Shown piece after piece: positions 8,549 through 18,872 of a stretch of 64,000 bases of DNA (the stretch's first letter is position 1; every line of letters starts with the position of its first letter). This stretch comes from Vicinamibacteria bacterium (GTDB taxonomy: Bacteria > Acidobacteriota > Vicinamibacteria > Marinacidobacterales > Marinacidobacteraceae). Under the pieces are notes generated by a model. That model saw only the letters and a list, made by a program, of their open reading frames with translations. It was not told where the DNA came from and searched no databases. The stretch spans positions 2,240,001-2,304,000 of the forward strand of contig OY729431.1 of assembly GCA_963422395.1 (NCBI GenBank), written 5' to 3'. The position numbers and the translations under genes were made by a program.

Positions 8549-10585
8549 CTAGTTACTCACCTTGCAAGTGAGGAATTTGCTGATGTCGTCGGAGGACAGC
8601 TTATCGGCAGGATCTTTTCCTCTTCCAATGCCCGTCTCGCCGCTGGCATCCCAGTCGCAGGTGATGGTGTACGACTTCTCGACCGAGCAGGCTTTCTTGA
8701 AGTTGTCGGTGAAAGTGATCTTGGTCTCGATCTCGACATCCTCGGCGTCGCAGAGAGTGCCGTCGGTCTTGTCTTTCCCGGATTTGGCCTCGCCGCCATC
8801 GTCAGCGCTGCAAACCCGTGCGTCGTCGCCTTCTTCAAAATTCTCCGCCGTGTCGTCTCCACTGGGATCGGCATCTACCTTTCCGAGATCGCCGTAGAGC
8901 GGGTCGCCGTCCTTGTCCAGCAACGGGACCCAGACGGTGCCGCGGTCGCGTGCTTCATCTCCGGTTCTCTTGGCAACCATGCCTTGGTTGTCACCGTCCG
9001 CATAGAGATCCATGGGAGCTTTCTTCATATCATTCGATCCATCGTGGTACCAAAGGGCGGTATAGCGTTCCCCGGAAGCATCACCGAAATCGAGATCGAG
9101 GCCTACAAGCCTCGACGAGGTCGAGTTGGTGCCTACGAATCCCTTGACTTCGATCTTCGATGGATGGGCCTGATCGACTTCCGCCTCGAAGAGTTCGCAG
9201 ACATCCACCTGGTCGGCGGCCGCGAACGACACGGGCTCACAGTCGATACTCTTGAACTCATCCCACGCGATATTGCCGTATTTCACTCCGGCGCCGCTCG
9301 GCGACAGGGACACCTGGTAGGCCGACAGGTAATCCATGTCGGTGTGGAGACGGAAACAGGTTTCCGGCTCACGGAGGTCGGAAGCCTTCGCGCCGGTGTA
9401 AGTCGCACACGCCGACTCGTGCTCGTCGTTGGTGTCGTTATCCTCGGTGGCGTCGTAAGTCACGGCTTTCCCGATCGTGTCCGGCATCGGGAATCCCTTG
9501 GCACTCTTGCTCTTTCCGACCTTGCTGCTCTTTCCGTTGACGAACGGCCCGAAGTCATGGGTCGCGTCGAACTGGACATTTGCCGTGTAGGTCCAACCCA
9601 TGTCGTAGCCGTCCTTTACTCCATTCGAGTCGTCTTTGCCGTCGTTGTCCACCATGCCGACTTGGAGCGTCAGCGTCGGGTCCCAGGCTTCGCAAGCCGC
9701 CGAGTTGGAGATTCCGATCTCCGGGGCATCCTCGCCGGCAACACACTCGAACGGACCGCAGGTCACATACGACATATCGCCCGTCGGCTCTGCCTCCTGG
9801 TTTGCACCCACGGTGACCCGTACCACCTTGAAGGTCACTCCCTTCGATACCACATCGCTCTGCAGCGCCTCCCAGCTCACATTCTCGAACGGCATGTTGC
9901 TCCCCTTCGAAACCTGAACCCCGCTCGCGCCCTCGACGAACATCGGCGTGATCAACGCATCCGTCTTCGACTCCACCGAAAGCTCCGGGTTCACCGATGC
10001 CATCGCCGTCGCCTTGCTCTTGCCGTCGTCCGGCACCATCGGATGCGCGTTCTTCGCTCCGTCAGCCAGCGAGAAGGTCACGGATACCGGGTCCGGGGCC
10101 GGCGGCTTCGGCGGCGGCGGCTCGTCCGATGTCCCCGTCACATGCGTGGACCACGCACTCAGCACCGCATCCGGCGGCGCCGTCGCTGCTGCCGCTACCC
10201 GCGCATACACCGTCGCTCCCGGCTCGATATCCGCCACCGTATAGGTCGGCTCTACCGTCGCAACGACCGCATCCTCATCGGTGAAAATCTCGTCGGTGCT
10301 CACCTGTACCGCATAGCCGACCGCGCCCTCGACCGCAGTCCAGCTGTAGGTCACCGAAGTCTCCGTCGTCGCCGAAACCATCAGCCCGCTCGGAGTGGCC
10401 GGCGCCGACGGAACCTCCGGTTCCGGTTCAGGTGCCGGAGCTGGGGCCGGGGCCGGAGCCGGTGCCGGGGTCGCCGGCGCATCGTCATCGCCGCATCCCG
10501 AAAGCACGAGTCCCGCGCCCAGGAACATGGCAAGAAGGAGAATCAGTCCCCGTACAGGGACCGATTTCCTTGTGATCTGCTTCAT
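8549..10585 (-). CDS. FN3 lipoprotein paralogue B, complete (probable expressed copy)
   Basis: AGGAGG RBS; full lipoprotein signal MKQITRKSVPVRGLILLLAMFLGAGLVLSG-C; PA-rich linker; one FN3 unit; acidic Cys-containing body. Confidence 0.9.
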   Translation of the reverse strand: MKQITRKSVPVRGLILLLAMFLGAGLVLSGCGDDDAPATPAPAPAPAPAPAPEPEPEVPSAPATPSGLMVSATTETSVTYSWTAVEGAVGYAVQVSTDEIFTDEDAVVATVEPTYTVADIEPGATVYARVAAAATAPPDAVLSAWSTHVTGTSDEPPPPKPPAPDPVSVTFSLADGAKNAHPMVPDDGKSKATAMASVNPELSVESKTDALITPMFVEGASGVQVSKGSNMPFENVSWEALQSDVVSKGVTFKVVRVTVGANQEAEPTGDMSYVTCGPFECVAGEDAPEIGISNSAACEAWDPTLTLQVGMVDNDGKDDSNGVKDGYDMGWTYTANVQFDATHDFGPFVNGKSSKVGKSKSAKGFPMPDTIGKAVTYDATEDNDTNDEHESACATYTGAKASDLREPETCFRLHTDMDYLSAYQVSLSPSGAGVKYGNIAWDEFKSIDCEPVSFAAADQVDVCELFEAEVDQAHPSKIEVKGFVGTNSTSSRLVGLDLDFGDASGERYTALWYHDGSNDMKKAPMDLYADGDNQGMVAKRTGDEARDRGTVWVPLLDKDGDPLYGDLGKVDADPSGDDTAENFEEGDDARVCSADDGGEAKSGKDKTDGTLCDAEDVEIETKITFTDNFKKACSVEKSYTITCDWDASGETGIGRGKDPADKLSSDDISKFLTCKVSN
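10061..10542. repeat. Right arm of about 480-bp inverted repeat
   Basis: Reverse complement of 5936-6417. Confidence 0.95.
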
Positions 10586-10590
10586 TTCGC

Positions 10591-10662
10591 CTACCTCCTG
10601 TAGGGCGTGTTGGGACAGGACAAAGGCCCGATGGGGGCCCAGCACCGTCTCATGTATTTCAT
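10591..10662 (-). other. Candidate 23-aa leader ORF (MKYMRRCWAPIGPLSCPNTPYRR)
   Basis: GGAGG 5 nt before ATG 10662; its TAG lies inside the SD hairpin of paralogue B. Confidence 0.4.
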
Positions 10663-10724
10663 TCCTACCTCCGGTAGGACAGGGTGGCGTCGCTACGATT
10701 TCGCACCGGGCCGACCGTGCGGAG

Positions 10725-10753
10725 AGTATAGGCACGGCGGCTTGGAGAGGCAA
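10725..10753 (-). promoter_or_regulatory. Sigma70-type promoter for paralogue B
   Basis: TTGCCT-N17-TATACT on the minus strand, about 140 bp upstream of ATG 10585. Confidence 0.7.
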
Positions 10754-11056
10754 TATGCCAAACATGCGGAATCCCGAAGCCAGCACCTCCCGCACAGCGG
10801 GTGGGGGAGCTCGGGGCGAACATTCCCGTGAACTCCATCACATCGGAACGGCGATTGTCAAGGTGCCGTCCGGCCCGTGGGGAGGGCATGGAAGCCGGGC
10901 ATGAGGGGTGGGAGCGGATCTGCGGGGGCGGCCGACCACCGCGAGCCGGTCATCACCCCCGGTCCTGCCTTCGACTCATGCCAGCCGAACGCACGCACGA
11001 GAGCTGGACTCGAAGACCCGTCGAAGACCCCGTTCTCCGGGAGAACCGGAGCCGCC

Positions 11057-11130
11057 TCGGGGCGGCAGGATTTGAACCTGCGACCCCCTGATCCCGAACC
11101 AGGTGCTCTGCCAGACTGAGCCACGCCCCG
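11057..11130 (-). tRNA. tRNA-Pro(CGG)
   Basis: CGGGGCGTGGCTCAGTCTGG...anticodon loop TT-CGG-GA...GGTTCAAATCC; CCA not encoded. Confidence 0.95.
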
Positions 11131-11224
11131 GCGGCGGAAGAGATTGTAGCGACGGGGATTCGACGGTCCCGAAGCGAGCGCCCCGCCCGGACCGCGCTCG
11201 TCGGAATCGGCTGCCCGGGGCGGT

Positions 11225-11301
11225 TGGTCGGGACGGCCGGATTTGAACCGACGACCACTTGCACCCCAAGCAAGTGCGCTACCAGACTGCGCCACGTCCC
11301 G
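11225..11301 (-). tRNA. tRNA-Pro(GGG)
   Basis: CGGGACGTGGCGCAGTCTGG...loop TT-GGG-GT...GGTTCAAATCC...CCA. Confidence 0.95.
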
Positions 11302-11366
11302 ACGGGTCCCGGCCGACCCGGCCGGCGTGTTCCCCTGTGGGGCCTTCGAGATTCTAATCGGGCGGT

Positions 11367-11879
11367 CTAATCGGGGCGGTCGTCCAGGAGCCGGGCCAAC
11401 GTACGGTCGTTCTCTTCCATCAGGTCGAGCGCCTCGCGGAGGCGGCGGCGGTCCTCCGAAGACAGCCTCGGGACCGCCGGCGCCGCGTCCGGCATCGGCG
11501 CCGGGTTTCGAGAAGCTTCCGGGGATGGGCGCGCAGGGACCGCGGGATTCCGCAGCGAAGGCGAAGGAGCGGGCGATTGGGAACCGGCGCGCCGCTGGCG
11601 GCCCTTCCGCGCCTCCCGCCGCTTCTCCGACAGCAGCCGGCGCGCTCCGGCGGTGGTGTACCCGTCGCGGTGCAGGAGGCGCTGGATTTCCTGCACCATC
11701 TCGATGTCTTCCCGGCGATAGAGGCGTTGGCCGGCGTCGTTCTTCTTCGGGCTCAGCGTCGGGAACTCCATCTCCCAGTGCCGAAGGGTGTACGGCTGGA
11801 CTCCGGTGAGCTCGCTGACCTCGCCGATGCGGAAATAGAGCTTGTCGGGGATGGCGGGGCGGGCTGCTTCACCGGTCAT
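11367..11879 (-). CDS. MerR-family transcriptional regulator
   Basis: IPDKLYFRIGEVSELTGVQPYTLRHWE..GQRLYRREDI; typical position upstream of tRNA-Pro(GGG). Confidence 0.9.
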   Translation of the reverse strand: MTGEAARPAIPDKLYFRIGEVSELTGVQPYTLRHWEMEFPTLSPKKNDAGQRLYRREDIEMVQEIQRLLHRDGYTTAGARRLLSEKRREARKGRQRRAGSQSPAPSPSLRNPAVPARPSPEASRNPAPMPDAAPAVPRLSSEDRRRLREALDLMEENDRTLARLLDDRPD

Positions 11880-12107
11880 CGCCAGGACCCGCACTCGATG
11901 CTTTCGGGCAGGGGCTGCGACGAACGGAAGAAGGGGGCGAGGCACAGCATGGAAACGAGAGCGCGCCCGGTGCGCCGATCGCCAGCGGGGAAACCGGGGA
12001 CCACTGCGAGATCCGCCTCGTTCAAGGTTTCGTCCGTTTCGCTCTTCCCCCGGCCGATTCGGGGATGGAGACAGCCTGATTCTACGGCAGATTCTGCGGC
12101 GGGCAGA

Positions 12108-13484
12108 TCAGGCCGAGGTGTGCCGCCGCGGCTCTCTGGTTTCGAGAGTGAGGCGGAGCGGAACTCCGGCGAAGCCGTAGCGGCGCCGGAGCGCCCCGAT
12201 CAGAAAGCGCGGGTAGGAAGGAAGGATGTCCGCCCGGCGGCAGTTCGTGAAGACGCGAAAACGCGGGGGCGCCACCCCCGACTGGTAGCCGTAGAGCAGC
12301 TTGACCTCCCGGCCCCGGCGCGAGCGCGGAGCGAATCGGGAGGAAGTCTCGGCGAGGAACCGGTTCACCTCCGGGGTGGGAAGCCGCCTCCGCGTTTGGG
12401 CATGCACCCGGAACGCCGCCTTCCACACCGCCTCGAGACCCTGGCCCGTCTTCGCCGAGACCCGCAATACCGGAGCGTGGCCGATATGCCGCAACCGCTC
12501 CGCCGCTTCGAGGCGCAGTTCGGCCCAACGGACGGCCCGCGAAGTCACCAGGTCCCAGCGGTTCGCCAGCACCACCACTCCCGGACCCGCCTGCTCGATC
12601 AGTCGGGCGATCTGGGCGTCCCGGGTGGTCAAACCATCCGAGGCATCCGTGATCAGAAGAGCCAGGTCGGCGCGGCGGATCGACTTCTGGGCGAGCAGGA
12701 CTGCCAGAGAGTCCGCTTCCTCGAAGCCCTCCCCCGAGCGGCGGCCCCTCCGCCGGATGCCGGCGGTGTCCACGAGCAGCACCGGCCGGCCGCCGATTTC
12801 GATGCGGGTGTCCACGGGATCGCGGGTGGTTCCGGCCACCGGGGAGACGAGCGCGCGTTCGAAGCCGGCGAAGCGGTTGAGGAGGGTGGATTTGCCCATG
12901 TTCGCGCGCCCGACGATGGCGACCCGGATGGCGTCGTCCGCCGCCGCCCCTTCCGGCGGGGAAACCCCGCAGCCGACGGAAACCGGCGCCCGATGCAGGG
13001 TTTCGACGAGTCGATCGAGCAGCTCGGCGACACCGAGGCCGTGCTCCGCGGAAACCGGGAGGGGATCGCCGAGCCCCAGGGCGTGGAATTCGACAGCCGC
13101 CGCCTCGTGGATCCCCTCCGCCTTGTTGGCGGCGAGCAGGACCGGAGGCCGACGCGGGTCTCGGCGCAGCACCTCGGCCAGTTCCTGGTCGGCGGGCGTG
13201 AGTCCGGTGCGCGCGTCCACCACCAGGACCACGGCGTCGCTCGCCGAAGCCGCCCTCTCCGCAAAGACACGGATTTCGCGGGCGAAGGGCGAGGCGTCAG
13301 GCGCCCCTGCCCCGCCGGTGTCGTGGAGGCGGAACGAGACTCCGCGCCAGACGACCGGCTCGAAGCGGCCGTCGCGGGTCGAACCGGAGCGGGCGTGGAC
13401 GATGGCCGGGCGGCCGCCGACGATCCGGTTGAAGAGGGTGGATTTCCCCACATTCGGGCGCCCGAAGAGAGTCGCCTGCTTCAC
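12108..13484 (-). CDS. der: Ribosome biogenesis GTPase Der/EngA
   Basis: Two G-domains (GRPNVGKS..DTGG..NKAE; GRANMGKS..GTTRD..DTAG) plus KH-like C-terminus. Confidence 0.95.
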   Translation of the reverse strand: MKQATLFGRPNVGKSTLFNRIVGGRPAIVHARSGSTRDGRFEPVVWRGVSFRLHDTGGAGAPDASPFAREIRVFAERAASASDAVVLVVDARTGLTPADQELAEVLRRDPRRPPVLLAANKAEGIHEAAAVEFHALGLGDPLPVSAEHGLGVAELLDRLVETLHRAPVSVGCGVSPPEGAAADDAIRVAIVGRANMGKSTLLNRFAGFERALVSPVAGTTRDPVDTRIEIGGRPVLLVDTAGIRRRGRRSGEGFEEADSLAVLLAQKSIRRADLALLITDASDGLTTRDAQIARLIEQAGPGVVVLANRWDLVTSRAVRWAELRLEAAERLRHIGHAPVLRVSAKTGQGLEAVWKAAFRVHAQTRRRLPTPEVNRFLAETSSRFAPRSRRGREVKLLYGYQSGVAPPRFRVFTNCRRADILPSYPRFLIGALRRRYGFAGVPLRLTLETREPRRHTSA

Positions 13485-13541
13485 GGGGCGGCTCCTGGCA
13501 GCCTGGGGAACAGCGGCGACGGAACCCCGGGTGAGGAAAAG

Positions 13542-13811
13542 TCAGCGGATGTCGCGAAGCCCTCGTCCGGTGCGGAACCGCACCATCCGCCCCGGCGGGA
13601 TCGGCACCTCCTCGCCGGTGCGGGGGTTTCTGGCCATTCCGGTCTTGCGGGGGGAGGTGTGGAGGATTCCGAATCGGCGGACCACGACCCGCTCGCCGCG
13701 CACCAGCGCCGCGCTCACCTGCTCGAACAGCGCCTCCACCGAGGCGCGGCAATCCTTGCGCCGCAGGCCGGTTGCGGCCGCACTCCGTTCGATCAGATCC
13801 GCCTTGACCAT
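13542..13811 (-). CDS. HU/IHF family DNA-binding protein
   Basis: MVKADLI...FG...ARNPRTGEEVPIPP...FRTG. Confidence 0.93.
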   Translation of the reverse strand: MVKADLIERSAAATGLRRKDCRASVEALFEQVSAALVRGERVVVRRFGILHTSPRKTGMARNPRTGEEVPIPPGRMVRFRTGRGLRDIR

Positions 13812-13822
13812 GGGCCGGATGT

Positions 13823-14174
13823 TAGCAGCCCGGTGCGCGATCCGGGAACGGGACGGGGTGTTCAGGTCGTGTCTCGCGGTCTCGTGGGAAGGGAGGAAAT
13901 GCCCCGTTCCCGGACCGCCCGGCGCTTCGCGCCGTGAATCCGAACTCCTGCCGGAGGCAGCGAGTCCGGATTCCGAATTACCGTCTTGTGAAAGGGGACA
14001 CCCCTTTCACACTTGCCCCGGCTGCGACGCGTCCGAGGCAAAGCCTCGGCCGCAGCATGTTTTTGGACCACGGGCGGCCAGACCGGCGATGCCCAGTCCT
14101 CCCGGTGGGGACCCGGCGAAGCCCTCACCGGGAGCACTGGACCGCTCTTGGGGATCGCGCCGCTTCATCCACAG
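13823..14174. repeat. Modular intergenic repeat, copy 1 (modules A-B-C-D)
   Basis: Hairpin modules shared with 26794-27120, 27379-27747, 35214-35286 and 42259-42392, including perfect TGTGAAAGGGG-ACA-CCCCTTTCACA at 13987-14011. Confidence 0.85.
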
Positions 14175-14191
14175 ATCGTTGGGAACGGCAT

Positions 14192-16513
14192 CTACGGATC
14201 GTCGGCGATCGTCAGACGGCGCGCCAGGGAAGAGACCCCGAGCAGGCGGTGGAGGCGGCGGCGAAGGGACAGGTGGACCCCGGGGTCGGCCTTGAGCAGG
14301 ACCTGCCAGCGCGCCAGGCCCTGGGCCGAGGGGCCGGGCGCGGGAGCAGGCCCGAGAACCTCGACGCCCCGCCCGGCGGAATCGGCCGCGAGGCACTCGG
14401 CGAGCCGGGCAGCGGCGGCTTCCGCCTCGCGGGAGCGGCGGTCGGCGACCGTCAGGGTGGTGAGGCGAACGAACGGCGGATAGCGGAAACGCCGGCGCAT
14501 CTCCTGTTCGGCCTCGCGGAACGCCTCGTAGTCCTGGCGCGCGGCAGCGGCTACCGCATAGTGGTCGGGCTTCATCGTCTGGATGAGCACCCGGCCGGGA
14601 ACCTCGCCCCGGCCCGCCCGGCCCGCCGCCTGGGTGAGGAGCTGGAAGGTCCGCTCCGCAGCGCGGAAGTCCGGCGCCCCGAGGCCGCCGTCAGCGCCGA
14701 TCACTCCAACGAGCGTCACCTCGGGGAAGTCGTGCCCCTTGGCGATCATCTGGGTCCCCACGAGGATGCGGATCTCGCCGCGGCGGAAGCCGTCGAGGAC
14801 GCGGGCGTGGCTGCCGCGGGCGCGGGTGGTATCGCGATCGAAGCGCTCCACGCGGACCGCCGGCAGGAGGCGCGCCACCTCCTCCTCGACCCTCTCGGTA
14901 CCGAACCCGTCGGAGCGGAGCACTTCGCCGGTGCAGGCGGGGCAGGCCTCGGGCGGTGCGATCCCGAGGCCGCAAGAGTGGCAGACGGCGAGATGCCCGC
15001 GCTGGTGGAGGGTGAAGGCGATCTGGCAGCGGTCGCAGGCGACGATCTCCCCGCAGCGCAGGCACATGAGACGCCCGCCGTAACCTCGCCGGTTCAGGAG
15101 TACCAGCGCCTGCCGGCCTTCGCGCACCGTCGCGGCCAGCGCCGCGGCGAGCGGCGGCGAGAGAACGAGCGAGCCGCGGCGATCCGGATCTGCCCGATGG
15201 GCGCGGAAGACGGGGCGCATGTCCACGAACTCCACCTCGGGAAGCCGGCGGCCGCCGATCCGCCGGGGGAGCCGAAGCCGGGTCAGCTGGCCCGAGGCCG
15301 CGGCGTGGGCGGCTTCGAGCGATGGGGTCGCCGAGCCGAGGACGAGAACGGCGCCTTCGGCGCGGGCCCGGAACCAGGCGGCCTGACGGGCGTGGTAGCG
15401 GGGCGCCTCTCCCTGCTGGTAGGCGGCGTCGTGCTCTTCGTCGAGGACCACGAGGCCGAGGCCGGCCAGCGGGGCGAAGACGGCAGAGCGTGCGCCGAGG
15501 ACGATGCGCGCCTCTCCGGTGCGGACGCGCCAGAACGCCTCGCGGCGCTCTCTCGCCGTGAGTCCGCTGTGGAAGACCGCGAGCCCCGCGCCGAAGCGGT
15601 GCCGCAGCAACTCTTCGGCGCGAGCGGCGAGCGCGATCTCGGGGACGAGCAGGAGCGCACTGCGTCCGCCAGCGAGGCAGTCGGCGATCCCCCGGAAATA
15701 CACCTCGGTCTTGCCGCTGCCGGTGATCCCGTGGAGGAGGAACGGAGCGAAGCGGCGGGTGGCGAGGGCGTCGGCGATCTGACCGGCCGCGGCTTGCTGG
15801 TCCGCAGTGAGGAGAGGCGGTGCCGGGAACGGCGGCGGAGGCTCCGGCGCTTCGCCAGGGGACGGTGCGGCGGGCGGGGTATGCGGGATGACCGCCGCAT
15901 CCGCTTTCGAGGAGAGCCGCTCGGCGGCGAGGGTCAGGAGGCCCTCGCGTTCGAGACGGGCGAAGCTGCGCCCCCGAGGGAGGTCGAGTTCCCTGCGGAT
16001 CCGGACCAGGGGGACCGGGCCGCCGGAGACGGCGAGGAGGGTGAGGATCCGGCGGTCGTCCCGTCGGAGGACCGGGAGCCCCTTCGCCGGGCCGCCGTCG
16101 CCTTCGCCGAGCCGGGCCGCCCCCTCCGGGGTGATGCGGGCGGCGAGCAGGCGCCGGGCCGCGCCCGCCGCAGACGGCGGCGGCGGGAGCATGGCGCGGA
16201 GGACGAGGCCGAGCGGGCAGACGGTGCTCTCCGAGAGCCGGCGGGCGAGGTCGAGAAGGCTTTCGGGAAGGGCGGGGAGAGGGTCGTCGAGGCGGGCGGC
16301 AACCGGCTTTCGCGCGCGGCCCGGCAGCGAGCGGCCCGCGGGTTCGAGGGCGGGGCCGAGGACGACGCCGACGAGCTCCCGCGGACCGAAGGGGACGCGG
16401 ACGCGGGCTCCCGGAGGGAGGCTGGTCTCTCCGGGGTGGAGGAGGGCTTCGGGAAGCTCGTAGGAGAAGCTGGTCGGCAGCGGGCGCGGAACCGCGACCT
16501 CGACGCCGCGCAA
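14192..16513 (-). CDS. priA: Primosomal protein N'
   Basis: [34 protein letters not shown], Cys-rich region, [19 protein letters not shown]. Confidence 0.97.
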   Translation of the reverse strand: MRGVEVAVPRPLPTSFSYELPEALLHPGETSLPPGARVRVPFGPRELVGVVLGPALEPAGRSLPGRARKPVAARLDDPLPALPESLLDLARRLSESTVCPLGLVLRAMLPPPPSAAGAARRLLAARITPEGAARLGEGDGGPAKGLPVLRRDDRRILTLLAVSGGPVPLVRIRRELDLPRGRSFARLEREGLLTLAAERLSSKADAAVIPHTPPAAPSPGEAPEPPPPFPAPPLLTADQQAAAGQIADALATRRFAPFLLHGITGSGKTEVYFRGIADCLAGGRSALLLVPEIALAARAEELLRHRFGAGLAVFHSGLTARERREAFWRVRTGEARIVLGARSAVFAPLAGLGLVVLDEEHDAAYQQGEAPRYHARQAAWFRARAEGAVLVLGSATPSLEAAHAAASGQLTRLRLPRRIGGRRLPEVEFVDMRPVFRAHRADPDRRGSLVLSPPLAAALAATVREGRQALVLLNRRGYGGRLMCLRCGEIVACDRCQIAFTLHQRGHLAVCHSCGLGIAPPEACPACTGEVLRSDGFGTERVEEEVARLLPAVRVERFDRDTTRARGSHARVLDGFRRGEIRILVGTQMIAKGHDFPEVTLVGVIGADGGLGAPDFRAAERTFQLLTQAAGRAGRGEVPGRVLIQTMKPDHYAVAAAARQDYEAFREAEQEMRRRFRYPPFVRLTTLTVADRRSREAEAAAARLAECLAADSAGRGVEVLGPAPAPGPSAQGLARWQVLLKADPGVHLSLRRRLHRLLGVSSLARRLTIADDP

Positions 16514-16517
16514 CTAG

Positions 16518-17261
16518 TCAGCCGGGATCGAGCCCGCGAGTCCGCGAACCGACCGCGCCGGCACCGGAGGGGCCCGCGAGAACCTCGAGAGCGAGCCGGG
16601 CGTCCGCGAGCACTTCGCGCTTGAGGTCGAAGAGGCGGTCTCCCTCGGCGCGCAGCAGGTACGCCGGGTGGAAAGTCGCCACCGTCGGGATGCCGTCGAA
16701 GTCGCGGACCGATCCGCGCGCCGCGCCGATGCCGCGCAGCTCGGGAAAGAGCGCCCGCACCGCGACGCTTCCGAGGATGCAGAGGACACGGGGGCGGATC
16801 GATGCGATCTGGCGCTTCAGGAAGGGCAGGCAGGCCGCCACCTCGTCGGGTTTCGGGTTGCGGTTCTGCGGGGGGCGGCATTTCACGATGTTCGCGATGT
16901 ACACCTGGCGGCGCTGTCGTCCGAAGCATTTCTGGATCATTTCGGTGAGCAGCCGTCCCGCGGCGCCCACGAAAGGCTCGCCCCGGCGGTCCTCCTCCGC
17001 TCCCGGCCCCTCGCCGATGAACATGAGCTCGGCGTTCGGGTCACCGATCCCGAAGACGATGGTGCGGCGCTGTTCGGCGAGGCGGCAGCGCTGGCAGTCG
17101 CCGAGATCGGCGCGGACGGCTCCGAGCGATTCGGCGGATCCAAGAGATGCGGGGGGGGCGGGTTCGAGTTCGGGAACGAAGTCGGTGAAGGCGCGCAGCA
17201 GCCGAAGCCGGGCGGCGGCCTGGGCCCGGAGAGAGTCCGCCGGGGGCGGCGCGAGAGTCAT
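16518..17261 (-). CDS. Family-4 uracil-DNA glycosylase
   Basis: [40 protein letters not shown]. Confidence 0.95.
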   Translation of the reverse strand: MTLAPPPADSLRAQAAARLRLLRAFTDFVPELEPAPPASLGSAESLGAVRADLGDCQRCRLAEQRRTIVFGIGDPNAELMFIGEGPGAEEDRRGEPFVGAAGRLLTEMIQKCFGRQRRQVYIANIVKCRPPQNRNPKPDEVAACLPFLKRQIASIRPRVLCILGSVAVRALFPELRGIGAARGSVRDFDGIPTVATFHPAYLLRAEGDRLFDLKREVLADARLALEVLAGPSGAGAVGSRTRGLDPG

Positions 17262-18667
17262 GCGGACGGGAGGGATGGGGACTCTGCTGCGCGGGCCGGA
17301 TCAAGGGCGAGGCGGCGGGCGGCGGCCGACCAGATCGCGTCCGCGAGCTCCCGCTTCGACTCGGGCGCCCGGCGGCTGACGACCGGGGGCGCCTCCGGAC
17401 GGCGCTCAACCAGCACCGCTTCGGTCCGACTGCTGCCGAAGACCCTGCCATCGCCGAAGCTGCCCTCGCCGAACCGGTCCTGGCCGACGCGGTTGCCCAC
17501 GATCAGGTCGCACCGCTTCTCGTCCAGCTTGCGGAGGGCCTCGGCTTCGGGATCGGCGGTCTCGGCAGCGAAGCCGATCAGCACCGGCGGACCTGCGGCC
17601 GGATTCTCCGCGCGGGCGGCGCCCAGCCCGGCGAGGATGTCCGGGTTCGGCGCGAGACGGATGGAGGCCGGCCCGGCGAAAGCGCGCCGCGAGGCGGCAG
17701 CCTTGCGCTTCTGTCCGGAGAGGTCCTCGGGTCGGAAATCCGCGACGGCCGCGGCCATCACCACCGCGTCCGCGCCGACGGCGCCGGCCCGCACCGCATC
17801 GCGCATCTCGATGGCGGTCTCCACCCGGACCAGTGCGGCTCCGCCGGGGGGAACGAGGGCAGTGGGGCCGAGGACGAGGGTGACCGCCGCGCCGCGGTCG
17901 AGAGCGGCACGGGCCAGCTCGATGCCCATCCGACCCGAGGAGCGGTTCGAGAGGTAACGCACCGGGTCGAGCGGTTCGCGGGTCGGGCCGGCCGAGATCA
18001 CCACCCGGCGGCCAGCGAGATCGCGGGGCGGCGGGGGGGCGCCGGAGAGAGCTTTCCCCGGGCCGGCGGCGGTTGCTGCGGAAGGGGAAGCAGCCAGCAC
18101 GGATTCGACGGCGGCCGCCAGGTCCGGGAGCTCCGCGAGCCGGCCCGGCCCCATCCAGCCGCAGGCGAGCTCCCCTGCCCCTGGCTCGATGATCCGGGCG
18201 CCGCGGGCGCGGAGGGTCTCCAGATGGGTGCGAACCGCCGGATGGTCCAGCATGTTCGTGTTCATCGCGGGGGCGATGAGGGTGGGAGCGCGAACCGCGA
18301 GGTGGAAGGTGGTGAGGAAATCGTCGGCGAGACCGAGCGCGAGACGGGCGATCGCGTGGGCGCCGGCAGGGGCGACGAGAAAGATGTCGGTCTCCTCGGT
18401 GAGCGAGATGTGGCGAATGCCGCCGGTGCCGGTGTCTGCGGCGAAGCCCTCGGAGGGAAAGAGGGGTCCCAGCACCGGTTCCCCGGAGACGGTCTCCAGG
18501 GAAAGCGGGGAGACGAACTCGCGGGCGGCGCGGGTGAGGATCACCTGCACCCGGAGACCTCGTTTGCGGAGCAGGCGGACGAGATCGGGGGTCTTGTAGG
18601 CGCCGATGCAGCCGGTCACCCCGAGGACGACCTTCCTGGACACAGGTCTGGACACCTGCCCGGACAT
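17258..18667 (-). CDS. coaBC: Phosphopantothenoylcysteine decarboxylase/ligase
   Basis: [63 protein letters not shown]. Start could be 18697 or 18727. Confidence 0.95.
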   Translation of the reverse strand: MSGQVSRPVSRKVVLGVTGCIGAYKTPDLVRLLRKRGLRVQVILTRAAREFVSPLSLETVSGEPVLGPLFPSEGFAADTGTGGIRHISLTEETDIFLVAPAGAHAIARLALGLADDFLTTFHLAVRAPTLIAPAMNTNMLDHPAVRTHLETLRARGARIIEPGAGELACGWMGPGRLAELPDLAAAVESVLAASPSAATAAGPGKALSGAPPPPRDLAGRRVVISAGPTREPLDPVRYLSNRSSGRMGIELARAALDRGAAVTLVLGPTALVPPGGAALVRVETAIEMRDAVRAGAVGADAVVMAAAVADFRPEDLSGQKRKAAASRRAFAGPASIRLAPNPDILAGLGAARAENPAAGPPVLIGFAAETADPEAEALRKLDEKRCDLIVGNRVGQDRFGEGSFGDGRVFGSSRTEAVLVERRPEAPPVVSRRAPESKRELADAIWSAAARRLALDPARAAESPSLPSA

Positions 18668-18872
18668 GGACCTGGGAGCAGCCTCGGGCACCGGCATCGG
18701 AAAGGAGTCCGGAACTACGGCAGTCATGGAAAGCGGTCGGCCATTCTCGCACCGCTTGCTCGGGGACGCCCCCGCCGCAAGGAGCGGGTGCGGCCCGGCA
18801 ACCGAAGAAAGATCCGGTAGGGGTGGCTGGTTGCGATGATGCGCCGGATTCCATCCACCGAAGCGAAATAGG

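Noticed and set aside
5950-10585. Diversity-generating retroelement explaining the A/B differences
   Set aside because: No reverse transcriptase in the window; differences include indels and all base types rather than adenine-specific changes.
10586-10795. N-terminal extension of paralogue B given in the ORF track
   Set aside because: It overlaps the predicted promoter and leader; the strong RBS and signal peptide point to ATG 10585.
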